In this document: positions 52,735-64,000 of the stretch, in pieces
Position numbering within the stretch: the stretch's first letter is position 1
Layout of the letters: each line of letters opens with the position of its first letter
Source of the DNA: Lytechinus pictus
Taxonomy: Eukaryota
Assembly: GCF_037042905.1 (NCBI RefSeq)
Contig: NC_087263.1
Coordinates: 1,488,001-1,552,000 of the forward strand
Direction of reading: 5' to 3'
DNA: 64,000 nt
Notes under the pieces: model-generated
Database searches by the model: none
Told to the model about the DNA's origin: nothing
What the model saw: only the letters and a program-made list of their open reading frames with translations
Program-made: the position numbers and the translations under genes

Positions 52735-53376
52735 ATGAATACGTTGGATATGTCCAACCGTTACGCTTGTTCACGATGCGATAAAACCTTTAGTAGGAAG
52801 TATGATATGCAGAGGCATGAACAAAATGAGCATGATACTGGAGAAGAAACGAGTGAAGATGAAGACTCCGACCCACCCTCTCAAATGCAAAGAGTTGAAG
52901 AATCCAACGATGATTCCGAAACGAGCGTATCAGAAAGCGATGGACACGAATCGTCAATGACAGCAAACATGGAAGAAACTGAAGACAACCTCGCTTATCG
53001 ATGATGGTTAGAGCAAGCCATGACAACCACCGAGGACTTGAGAGACGAAAAATATCAGAAATACATCTCAGAAGGAATGGAAGAAGAAGACGCTAAAGCA
53101 AAGGCTCACGTGAAACTACTCTGGGCAGTCAAACGCATCTTTTTCGATCTTTACTCTCAGTTCTTGCAGCAGAACGTGTACCTCGAAGACGCTGACATCA
53201 ATCGTGAAATCGTGTCCGATCTCTCGGAAAGATTAGAGAATGGCATGGCATTCCGGAAAGCCGTACAGAGAGTGTTAGCCAGGCATGGTTCACAATTCGA
53301 TGGTTTATTCCAGTATCAAGGTGACGATGACGATGATGATGGTGGAGAAGAAACGGAGGGTGAAGATGGAGTTTAA
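52735..53376 (+). pseudogene. Mirror copy of the C2H2 protein with one premature stop
   Basis: GGA>TGA at 53002-53004; otherwise near-identical to the left-arm copy. Confidence 0.8.
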
Positions 53377-54893
53377 AACTAAAGGCACAAACATCAGCTT
53401 GTCGAATAATAATAATCCAAGAAAACGCCGTCAACATAAATGACAGTTTGATCTTCATTGTGTTCATATTTTCTGAATGCCATCCATAGACATGTGTTAC
53501 AATCCATTGAGTTAAGCGAAGAAATAGAAAAACGAGAACTTCGCTTTAATATTAACAATGAACAGTTAACAATTATTTTGTTATTACAACATAATTTGAG
53601 AACATAACTTACATTATTTTACCTTTGTATCAAAATCTGCTGTTTATACACTATCTGAACCTATCTACATTGAAATGGAATAGAATAAATGATAAGAATA
53701 AAGAATCATCCTTGACTATATCGTGTTTCATGTTATCACCATTTGTACTGCGGATGAATGAAGTTGATTTTAAGGAGTCATCTACTGGTTTCAATATAGT
53801 ATACTTTTTGCGAGTCAGAGAGCCGGGCAGGTCATGTGAGTTAAAATGAAAAGTATTAACAAAATAGTATGAAAAAGTCAGAGAGTTTTGATGGGGAAAT
53901 GTCTGGAATGAGTAGAGCCTGAGATGTCATGATTATAATCACATGTTGGATTACCAATCATTGTTGTAATAAGAGGCAGAGAGAGTCGGGTTTCACCTTT
54001 CCAATAGCTATCCCAGGTTCAATCACGCGCGTTGGCCATGCATGGGGTGATCGATTCGTGAACAGCGAGGCACTTGACATACCTGCTGGTAGGTAGAGAA
54101 AGATAACTTTTCACTTTTTAACTGTATAGAAATCATATATCTTTTTTGTGCATCGTATCCTATACGTGGCGATGACGATTGCGCCACGGTGGTGCAATAC
54201 CGATATGGCGCGATAAGGGTAATTCCCGGGATGACATCACGGTGGTTGCGTAGCTGGTGACGTCATGCGAGGCGGTTGACATATCCGCCGGTATATAGGC
54301 GGAGAATAATCGCTTTTTAAATAAGAAACTGTATAGATGTCTTTTTGTGCATCGTATCCTATACTTGACGATTGCGCCACGGTGGTGCAATACCGATGGT
54401 GCGATAAGGGTAATTCTATGACATCACGGTGGTTGCGTAACTGCGTCGTAATACCATTTCATGGCTGGCCGGAAGTCTGGGTCAACCATCGGGTCGTGTG
54501 GTCTGAACGGGGTAAAGGTCATGGCTGACCGGACTAAAGGTCATGGCTGACCGGGTCGAAGGTCATAGCTGACCGGGCTAAAGGTCAAAGGCTGACAGGC
54601 TAAAGGTCAAAGGCTGACCGGACTAAAGGTCATGGCTGACCGGGTCAAAGGCTGACCAGGTTAAAGGTCATGTGGTAAAAGGGCATGGGTCAAAGGTGAA
54701 ATAGGATGAGGTCTCACCTATAACTACTGCGAGATGAAATTAGGAAGCATGTCAACAATCTTCTGGACAGGGAACTTATCGAGCCTTCAGACAGTCCGTG
54801 GGCAGCTAACATCGTCTTAGTCAGGAAGAAAGATGGTTCCCAACGCTTCTGTGTTGATTACAGGCAACTGAATAGTATTACCATGAAAGATGC

Positions 54894-57800
54894 ATCTCAT
54901 TTCAGTCTCCTTTCTTCACACAAACAAAAGCAAACAAAATTGTTTGTTATATTTGTAATCAATTTGTTTAATAATTGTTTTACTCTTGGGAGAGTGCGGT
55001 CACCGACACGTCAAACACAAATAACACATTCGTTCTCAAATTAACAACACCTTGAAAACATAATGCAACAATTGGCATCTAACTCAGCTTGCATGCTGAT
55101 TTGAATTACAAAGACTATACTAACATTGCTCTCGTATATAACATGTATAATGGTTGCATATTCATGGAACATCAATATTTGAAATCTTAGTGGTCGTATG
55201 TCAGTTACACTGAACTGAACGATGCCTTTCCGTAATAATTAGAATTATGAAACGATAATCAAAATATTGAATTATCGAATCTTAGAAATTGAGTTATCAT
55301 TCAACTTGATAACTGTAAGATTTTGCTTGCGTACTGCAAGCAAAACCATGGACCTTGAGATAAACCAAATAAGGAAAATTCTCTGAAATTCCTATCCGAC
55401 CCCATTAAGGCGATCGAGCAAACAAAGAAAATAGCTCCAAGGTCATCCTACATTTTTACTAACCTTTCTGATTTTTGTACAGAAATAAATTGTTTGACCC
55501 CCTAAAAATATGGTTTTATAAATCTTTGCGATAAAAGAATTCTTGGGGGGGGGGAAATATGCTACTGCCCTGTATGGTGTGATGACCGCGAATGAAAGCT
55601 AACCCCGAAATCTCCCTTCCACCTAACATAGCAACAATAGCATGTTGCGTAATCACATGCAATTCAACATTCCCCCTCAAATGAGATAACAATTCTCTTT
55701 CTATACAATGCTAAGAGAATTTTACAATCTCATTTCAGTCTCCTTTCTTCACACAAAAAAAGCAAACAAAATTGTTTCTTATATTTGTAATCAATTTGTT
55801 TACTTTTTACTCTTGGGAGAGTGCGGTCACCGACACCTCAAACACAAATAATGCGAGGTAAAAGATCGAATGGGATCAAAATGAGTAATTATACTAACTA
55901 GTATTAACTATAGTATTAACATATTTGTACGCCAATGTTGTACATTTGAACTTCCAAACTATAAAAAGTACAACCATAAAATTATTTACTATTTGTCTTT
56001 ACGCATGAAAAACCAGAGTAAGACAAATGTGACGAAAGATCTATTACCATTTTCAGCACAGTGAAAATTAAAACAAAATTATCCCATAAAAACAAAATCA
56101 GCACGAAAGAGCTGGACCTTTTGACATATGCTTAAAATGTTATAAATCAGAGATTCATTGCTCTTGCTGGAAATTGAATCTTTTCCGTATATGTCCTTTG
56201 CCGTGCAAAACATCTCTCATTAACGAAGCTTGAAGCGGCTTCCGATGCTCGACCAGCTCGTAAACTGTGCGTTCCGAGTGTGGAAGGATCCTGGCCCCCT
56301 TTATCTGCTACCAGCTGAGCTAAGTCTGAAGACGTTGCTGGTTCTTTTGGTGATTTTGATTTTGCTAAGCTTCAACGAGATTCATCAACGGCCGATTTGA
56401 TGATAGAGCTATCAGTAGGAGGTGGTGAGATATCTGCCAGAGTATGTGCCCATCGTATACTATGGCGGTGTCGATCGGAGAAATACTTGCTGCGGATTTC
56501 GCCAAGTGTTGAACGTATAAGACTAGATGTAATGGCCTCACGGGAAATGCCTGTAGATCGTGTTGGTTTGTGAATAACTTCTAACGCTTCCAGCCACCAA
56601 AGTACTTGCCCATAGTAGCAGGTGCCTTGGACTTCGAAACGGAATCTTGTGGAGAGGACGATAACTCAAGAAGATACATGTTGGTTGAAATCTTTGTGTG
56701 TGAATAACTGATTCGGCCCATGTTCCAGAGATAAGAACTTTATTCTGAAAAAGTAATGGCAGTAAATGAAGTTGCAAATTGGGACAATTTTCTGACGAGA
56801 CTAAATTGCGGACGTGTATAACGGCTATCATTGCTTTCTTTGATACCAAAAAACAAAGGATTACACAGCTTAAGATAATACTTCAGATTTGAAAATATTT
56901 GCAATATGTATTGCTGCCGATTTTTCGATCAAGATGTGAAGGACAATTGCTCGAACTATAAATGATATAGATTCGCCGATTTTGCTAAACCTGAAATTAT
57001 TATTGTTTTTAATTTATCAAAAACAAATTTCAAAGATAATTTCGTAGGTCATATAATAAAAGCACTGAATATCGACATCCAATCTTTGACTCTGAATATC
57101 AGCATATAATGTATCGCAATTGTAATCCAAATTATATAACTCAGTTCGTCAACAATACAACTACATAAGTATTCATGACGTCAATCTTTGTATAAGCATG
57201 TGCCGCTCATGGGCTAAAATCCAAAACTGTCTTTGTATAAGATCCATTATTATTTTGTATAATCATGTGCCGCTCATGGGCTAAAATCCATAACTGTCTT
57301 TGTATAAGATCTATTACTATTTTGCATAAGCATGTGCCGCTCATGGGCTAAAATCCATAACTGTTTTTGTATAAGACCCATTACTATTTTGTATAATCAT
57401 GTGCCGCTCATGGGCTAAAATCCATAACTGTCTTTGTTTAAGATCTATTACTATTTTGTATAATCATGTGCCGCTCATGGGCTAAAATCCATAACTGTCT
57501 TTGTATAAGATCCATTACTATTTTGTATAATCATGTGCCGCTCATGGGCTAAAATCCATAACTGTCTTTGTATAAGATCCATTACTATTTTGTATAATCA
57601 TGTGCCGCTCATGGGCTAAAATCCATAACTGTCTTTGTATAAGATCCATTACTATTTTGTATAATCATGTGCCGCTCATGGGCTAAAATCCATAACTGTC
57701 TTTGTATAAGATCCATTATTATTTTGTATAAGCATGTGCCTCTCATGGGCTAAGCATGTGCCACTCATGGGCTAATAATGTGCCGCTCATGGGCTAAGGT

Positions 57801-59640
57801 CTATAACTATCTCTCATGGACACGGAATATTCCGAGTGCAAAATATTTGTAATTCTAAAAATTAAATCAATCATATACCATACAAAATGATACAGTGTTT
57901 AATTTTGTCTGTCATGGATCCGATATTTACAAATGGTTATAACGTATCATGCAATCGTAAAAGTTTTTTGTGTCTGAACCTTCAGAAATCAATTCAAATT
58001 AATTCAAATTTCCATATGGTCACTCGTGGACAAGAGGAGTGGACTCATGCCGTTGGAAAGTCATATCTCAAAACGATTAATTTGAAAAGTAGTGGACCGT
58101 TAAACAAACGTTTGTCTGATTTAGTATGCGTAAATCTTGAATGGTAGGCAGCACGATGTGTGCTAACAAAAAAATTCCGAAAATGACCGAAGTCTGGCGA
58201 GAGGACTGGCCAAAAGGCAGTCTATATACGGCCATTGAGGCACTATGACGGTACTGATTGTAATCCGATAAAGGTTTTTGTGTCCAAGCCTTCAGAAATT
58301 AATTCAAATTACCATATTGTCACTCGTGGACAGGAGGACCATTGGAAAGTCATTTCTCAAAACGAATAATTTGAAAAGTAGTGGACCGTTAAACAAACGC
58401 GTGCCTGATTTGTACCCAATAACCTGCCCTCTGCGTAGTATGCGTAAATCTTGAATGGTAGGCAGCACGATGTGTGCTAACAAAATTTTCGAAAATGACA
58501 GAAGTCTAGCGAAAGGACTGGCTAAAAGGCAGTCTGGGGCCATTGAGGCAATATGACAGTACCGATTGCTTTATACTTCATCATGTGTTTTTCGGCATTC
58601 AATACTATATCATGTATATGCAGACACCGGTGGGCATACCCAATAGTTCTTCCCGGCCCAGTCTTGTGTGAGACAATCGGCAGGTTCGCAACTGGAATTC
58701 CAGTACGGCAGTACCTCAATTGAAACGTGGTAATTGTGAATTTTTATGTGATGCAAACCTGTCTTCCGAGTGTGGACCGAAACATATATCGATCATTACG
58801 AATACTTTACGATTTAAAGACCAATCATCTGGATCAATGATCCTACTTAATTCATCTGCCCGCTGGTACCATCGCGCGGAAGCCATGATTGTGGCTCGAA
58901 AGTAACATTGAATTCCAGACATGTGTTGTATAATTGAATACTCAAATTTCATGCAAAAAAGAATTAGTGCTAGCACTGAAATTATTCTGTACGCATTTTG
59001 GCTGTCGGAATACCATTTCAACTTATGACCAGCTAGTTTTGGTGCCAAGGATCTTAGAACATAAAAAATAGCACGAAGTTCACGGTCAGTGTTGAACTTA
59101 ATTTCCTTTTGTTCTGAAAAAGGCGGACCGCAGACTATAGAGAAGAGTGAATCGTTGAATTTTACTGAAAAAGCCCCCGTAACCCGACACGCTAGCGACT
59201 AATTATACTCACCCCTGCTGAAGTAGCAAAAAGAAAAGGCTTGATGGTTGCCATTGACGGAAACCAAGTTTTTGTGCCAAAAATCAAGTTCGACCTTAAT
59301 ACCTGCGCGACAACAAAACTCCACCTGACCAGGAATCACGTGACTCCACAGTCCTGCACATGTATTGAGAAAAGCCTAGCGAGGGACCCAATGGCTTTGA
59401 ATTCTAAAATGATTAAACCAGCAGTGCTTGCAATTTCTCTGGTAGGGAAAATTGCATAGAAACTGTATAAATCAGCAAGCCTAACCACTGACCCGATTGT
59501 TGGGGGAGTAAAAAGGCTTTTAGAATCGCTAGCTGACTTTAAATCCTGACAAGCCAAAATCTTTTCGAACAATCTGACTTGCAGCGAGATACCCTATCGG
59601 CATAAGACTTGAAATCGTCGTCGATATAAAGAATTGCGCT
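54894..59640 (-). mobile_element. Degenerate DIRS/PAT-type tyrosine-recombinase retrotransposon (RT end, RNase H, methyltransferase-like domain, YR, split direct repeats)
   Basis: ILYIDDD (~59635); REIASTAGLII; KWYSDSQNA; ADELSRIIDPDDW..GPHSEDRFASHKNSQLPRFN; GTVILPQWP; YR motif LGTHSLRAG..SEAA (~56235-56285); ~125-bp direct repeats at 54894-55023 and 55727-55851. Confidence 0.85.
57186..57800. repeat. 67-bp minisatellite (~8.5 units) ending in 22-bp subunits
   Basis: catgtgccgctcatgggctaa at 57197, 57264, 57331, 57398, 57465, 57532, 57599, 57666 and 57733, then variants at 57755 and 57777. Confidence 0.97.
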
Positions 59641-60039
59641 ATGGCAGGGGGGTGAAACTCCGCTTCTGCATCCGGTCAGACATGGGGAAATTTTCGAAGG
59701 TCAAAAGTGCACACTGCTCCCTTTTTTTGCGTACAAGCCTATGGACAACGCAACTTCATGGCACACCAGCGAAACGGAGGCGTGGTCACAATTGTCCTGC
59801 GCGCACAGCGTAAAAATATGCAAATAAGTTTATTGTCACTAATTAGCATAATGCGCGACGTTATTGCTTATGAAATGAATTTATAGAGCTAGCTGCGTCT
59901 TTAAGGTGGATTACGTCATTCCTTCCCCCCCCCCCCTTTCACTTTCACAGGTATTGATAAGCCTTATATAATCAATATAAGGGGGCATCAAGAATGTCAT
60001 TAAAAAAATATTAACTATATACCTCTCAAAGTCGGTTAC

Positions 60040-60167
60040 CAGTAGCGGACCATGACCCGGAGGAGACAAAGCATTGGGGGGGGGGCACTGCATTGTTCAC
60101 AGACAATGCAGTGCCCCCCCCCCCCCCCACCAATGCTTTGTCTCCTCCGGGTCACGGTCCGCCTCTG
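60040..60167. mobile_element. Hairpin MITE with 8-bp TSD TCGGTTAC (hAT-like)
   Basis: The whole element is an inverted repeat (gcggaccatgacccggaggagacaaagcattgg..gcactgcattgt / acaatgcagtgc..ccaatgctttgtctcctccgggtcacggtccgc). TSD at 60032-60039 and 60168-60175. Confidence 0.92.
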
Positions 60168-61079
60168 TCGGTTACTGAAATATCAAGTAATTTTTTTTCA
60201 GTATTTGCTGACAAGAAATAGCATGCTAATTTAATAGGGGGCAGTTCACACAAATTGCCAGATTTCTCTAAAGAGTGTCTTCCCAAATCTGCACATTTGT
60301 AAATCAGTAACAAAATTGCTTATTGTCTATTGTTGTGAAGTGCTAGCTGTGTTCTATTTCCAACAATTTTTTTTTATTTGCAGAGCTAATTTAGTTCATA
60401 ATATAGGACATCGACAATACAGTGTTATAAGAACAAAAAGAGATTAAAAACGAACAAAACAGTACAACTTTTTACTTCCCCCAAAAACAAATTTAAGATT
60501 AATGTCCAGCACTACAGGTCCTTGTTTCATAAAGACTTCAATTATGGTAAATTTGCCCCAATTGTAACTAGCAACTAGCATGGCAACCTCACTGTTGATT
60601 TGTTGCTTTAATGTTTCCATGGTAATTACCAGAATGGCAAAGTTAGAATGGTGGTTAGTCTTAATGAAATGGGGTCCAGGAGTGAGAGTGATTTCTTAAT
60701 CCTTTGTTCTGTCACCTTGTTTTTTTTTTAGAATTTCTTATTGTCTTATGTATGTCTGTAGGCATGTATGTTACATAGCCCCGACCTCAGTAAAGGCCCA
60801 TTCTGAATTGATTTTATTAACAGAATACAAACTATAAATAGCAATAAAAGTTCTTTCACTACTATAAGTGCTACATTTAGATGATTAGAACATTAATAAT
60901 GGGTGGGTAGGTGTGCCCTATGGAAAAATATGTTAATCTTGTGTGAAACCTATGGACCTAAATATGTATACTCCAATGTTTATTTTTCTAAAGATGTGTA
61001 TTTCACGCAACATTCAATATGTATTGACAATATTCAAATTCATTCAATTTTTAAAATGTGTAATTGTGATTAATTAACT

Positions 61080-61149
61080 ACTTGTTATGAACTTGGCCTC
61101 CATATTTCTTCCTAATCTGCCCTGGTGGTACTCAAAGAGCCTGCGAAAC
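61080..61149 (-). other. Candidate exon carrying a possible start codon (AAAT-ATG-GAG at 61103-61101; MEAKFIT)
   Basis: Acceptor tctttctctttttgtttaccatgcAG (61151-61150). The donor is weak or ambiguous. Confidence 0.3.
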
Positions 61150-61681
61150 CTGCATGGTAAACAAAAAGAGAAAGACCAAAATGAGCTGCTGATATAATTA
61201 TCCAGTTTATTAAGAAGTTTTTAAGTTTTTAAAACTTTTTAATAGGTCCTACTCTTCCATGCAATATTATTTAGATAATGCACATGTAGTAATCTATAAT
61301 GTATACTGTATAGGCAGATAAAAATCATAGATCACTATTTATAGATCTTTATTCATAATCTTTTTGATTAAGTGTGCAAACTAATTCAAATATATATCAT
61401 AAGATTACTCTTGATATTTTGTCCTTTTTTATTTCTGTCTACAGAGTAACTGAGTTTTAAAGTGATTTCATGTATGACTAATATAGATAAGAGACATGAA
61501 TAATAAGTATGCATTGATGAGAATGGAAATACTGGTGAATCTGAATCCAAATAAATATTAACTCACAATGGAGCTTTACTATATGGGATAACATAATTCA
61601 GAAAAAGTTGCTGTAGCCCTCCAACCACCCCCCCCCCGCCAAAAAAAGGAAATAGGGGTCTTTTTTTAAAAACAAGCATAC

Positions 61682-61806
61682 CTTGCAAGTTTTCAGTTCA
61701 GATATCCTATTCCTTATCAGATTGTTACTCTTGGTGATGTGTAAATGGTAGCTGACTTTATACTTCTGACTAGGCTGGGACTGCTAAGAACTTGATCCCA
61801 TTGGAT
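61682..61806 (-). other. Candidate spliced exon, non-coding (5'UTR)
   Basis: Acceptor tattttgtgtattttgaattgcAG (61808-61807) and donor CAAG|GTATGC (61681-61680). All three frames contain stops. Confidence 0.45.
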
Positions 61807-63332
61807 CTGCAATTCAAAATACACAAAATACTTTACAGTTTAGAATTTTAGAGATGATAAACAAAATTACTCTTTTTGAACAATACTTTCAAAATTTCCA
61901 GCTAGTCATATCCTAAGCCTATGAATATTCCCAGCAAGAAAAAAGCTGGTCTTGACCGAAAACTTCCTTCTCTCTGTAACATGTTCCACTGACGAAATAG
62001 ACATACCTGGCTCTGTTTCCACTGACCATCTTCATTGTCAATAAGAGTCAGTAAATGGTTCAAGCATACATGGCCTACTATCGCGAGACGCGAGGCCTTT
62101 TGTCAATCTTCAATATATATACACCAAGCCAGCTTTGACAGATGTAGGATAATTATTATTTGTGTGATACTTTGGCTCTCGCTCATTCACCAGTGCGAAA
62201 CAATTATTTATTTTTTGCACTCGTCTATAAACATGGGAATCTCTACATCTAATTGAGTTCCTCTTTAAGTTTGATTTTGATTTTTAAAAAAGGTTAGCTT
62301 GCTCGCAAGTTTAAATGACCCTTTGCCTTTCACCTTAAAAAGGGTCAAGTGAGGAAGACAATGAAGATAAATAAATTGGATCAGCCCCTCTCTATGCTTA
62401 TACTTATAAAATTCAAAATGGGGCACTATCAATTTTCTAAACCCTTCCCATAAAAATTTCATACTCATGGTATAAGATAATTGAACAGTTTGAAACCTGA
62501 CAAAGAAATGCTGCCCCCCCCCCAAAAAAAAAAAAAAAAAAAAATCATTTAACTCCGTGCTAGAGTCTAATTATAATTTTAGTCCAACGATCAGTGACTA
62601 GAATAAAGTTAACTTAAATCTTCGTAGGAAAAAAGGTCAAACCAGACAGATCTAGAATTTCACTTTTAGAAATCTAGATGCAAGTTAGACCTATCCTAGG
62701 CTAGGCCTTACATAGATAGGGCTAACTTAGGGCCTTTCTTTCGTAGAAAAAGACGAAGTCTAACGTTAAAATCTGTCTCAAATCATTCCATGACCATGCT
62801 TGGCAAATGCAGAGAATTATATTGATCCATATAAAGATGAAATAGCGGTGTAAAAAATCATTAGGCCCAGGCCAAACTTTAAACTTCAACTCAAGCTTGT
62901 TAGACACTAAAATTCCCAACACCTATGACCTAGTCTACATCGGCAATTTCGCAGCCGGCTGGCACCGGCGGTATCAATGGCCGTATCCCGCTCTGACTAT
63001 ATTATTTGGCTTAAATTTGATACAGCTTTGCAGTTACTGAATAAGTCCACATCTACACCTGATATTTGACAATAGAACTGAAATACAGATTTAATAAGGA
63101 CGGATATGAAGCATTCCAATCAACCAACTTAGTTCTACGAAAAACTGTATTATTTTCTGAGAAAATGTGTCAGTCGATCAGATCTGAGATATATTTGGGA
63201 TCTGAAAAAAGAAATAGAAAAATGGAAATTGTGGTTTACGTACACATATAAGGCCCTGACTGCGACGCCGAACCCCAGCAAACACATTACAATTACAACT
63301 GAGATCAAAGCACGAAATTGAACTTAACTTAC

Positions 63333-63830
63333 TTTTATTTGTATGGAATGCCATAACTTTGATGTAGATGTTCCCTCAAAGATTTTCTGCTCAACTGAAT
63401 TTCACTCAGAAATCATGATTCCGGACACTAATTCTATGAACAGATAATTAGTGTTGCTATTGTATTTCAAAAAGTTGAATTTCGCAGAGTCAAAAAGAAC
63501 GACACTTCGCACAGATATCGTAGGGAATTGTGGGACGGAATAAAATGTTTAATGCATGAGGACATGAATAAAACATTAGCGTTTTATCCAATCATACAAG
63601 TGCATTATGCGTACTTTGACGTCATTACTCATGAATTAAACATTGACCTTCCAAAATCAACCTTCAAATTGGCCAAATGGCAGCCTTGTTTGTTATGTAC
63701 AAAACCTATGGAAAATAAAAAACGCGCGAAAAGAGTTCCCTCTCTAGCTCCCTTCGGGAGCTTACGTACGTAAGATCGTATCTCTGTGCGCTATGGCCTA
63801 TAGAACGCCATCTTGTGACTAATGGCCTAA
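63333..63830 (-). promoter_or_regulatory. Candidate first exon and promoter of a minus-strand gene
   Basis: Donor AAAA|GTAAGT at 63332-63327, palindromic CRE TGACGTCA at 63617-63624, YY1-like CGCCATCTT at 63806-63814, and unique non-repetitive context with several CpGs. Confidence 0.35.
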
Positions 63831-64000
63831 GCATTTTCGTGAAACAATGACTAGCTGTATTGAGACCTTTTGAATGGTAAACAAATGCAAACGGGTGCCA
63901 AACTCCCCAAATTTCCATCTAAAACCTAAGAATATCTACATCTGATGTAGTTCAGTATGGTAATAACCGGATTCCAAATCGAAAGTGAAGAAAAAGAAAT

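Larger units (their letters stand above)
49261..54728. mobile_element. Non-autonomous, almost fully palindromic Maverick/Polinton derivative with 6-bp TSD GCGAGA
   Basis: Ends AGTAGTTATAGGTGAGACCTCATCCTATTT / AAATAGGATGAGGTCTCACCTATAACTACT. gcgaga at 49255-49260 and 54729-54734. The arms are ~2.7-kb inverted repeats with mirror-image ORF tracks. Confidence 0.93.
44943..54893 (+). mobile_element. Gypsy LTR retrotransposon, 3'-truncated (5' LTR 44943-45833, PBS, gag, protease, start of RT), with nested insertions
   Basis: LTR TGTA..CACA. PBS-like ttgtgtgagaagtgggat (~45838-45855; resembles the tRNA-Leu type). RT start PSDSPWAANIVLVRKKDGSQRFCVDYRQLNSITMKDA at ~54780-54893. Confidence 0.93.

Noticed and set aside
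57186-57800. CRISPR-like regularly spaced repeat
   Set aside because: The intervening sequences are near-identical rather than unique spacers; the context is eukaryotic and there are no cas genes.
58522-59048. Stand-alone DNA adenine methyltransferase-like gene (horizontal transfer)
   Set aside because: It is the normal MT-like domain following RNase H in DIRS-group elements, and it is broken.

Overview
AT-rich eukaryotic (metazoan) DNA. The repeat content suggests an invertebrate, probably an echinoderm or sea urchin, but that is inference only. Most of the window is nested transposon debris: CR1/L2, Tx1/L1-like and I/Nimb LINEs, a Gypsy element and a solo LTR of the same family, a DIRS/PAT tyrosine-recombinase retroelement, Tc1-, hAT- and Kolobok-like non-autonomous DNA elements, a 1.47-kb tandem array and minisatellites. 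The only convincing host coding sequence is a large minus-strand terminal exon (6717-7824). It encodes an AID/APOBEC-family Zn-dependent deaminase (HAEE ... NYSPCx6C, with APOBEC4-like features) fused to a ~110-aa acidic (EEDEYDG)n tail. Its 5' exons may lie at 61-63.5 kb. The most striking structure is a 5.47-kb, almost entirely palindromic Maverick/Polinton derivative (49261-54728; AGTAGT...ACTACT ends, 6-bp TSD GCGAGA) inserted into the Gypsy RT. It carries two divergent C2H2-finger ORFs around inverted 10-bp satellites, and an older broken copy of the same fold-back lies at 14.2-15.9 kb. A short insertion with a 7SL(Alu)-like head sits in the Gypsy LTR. All calls are from reading the sequence by eye; no searches were run, and boundaries without a TSD are approximate.
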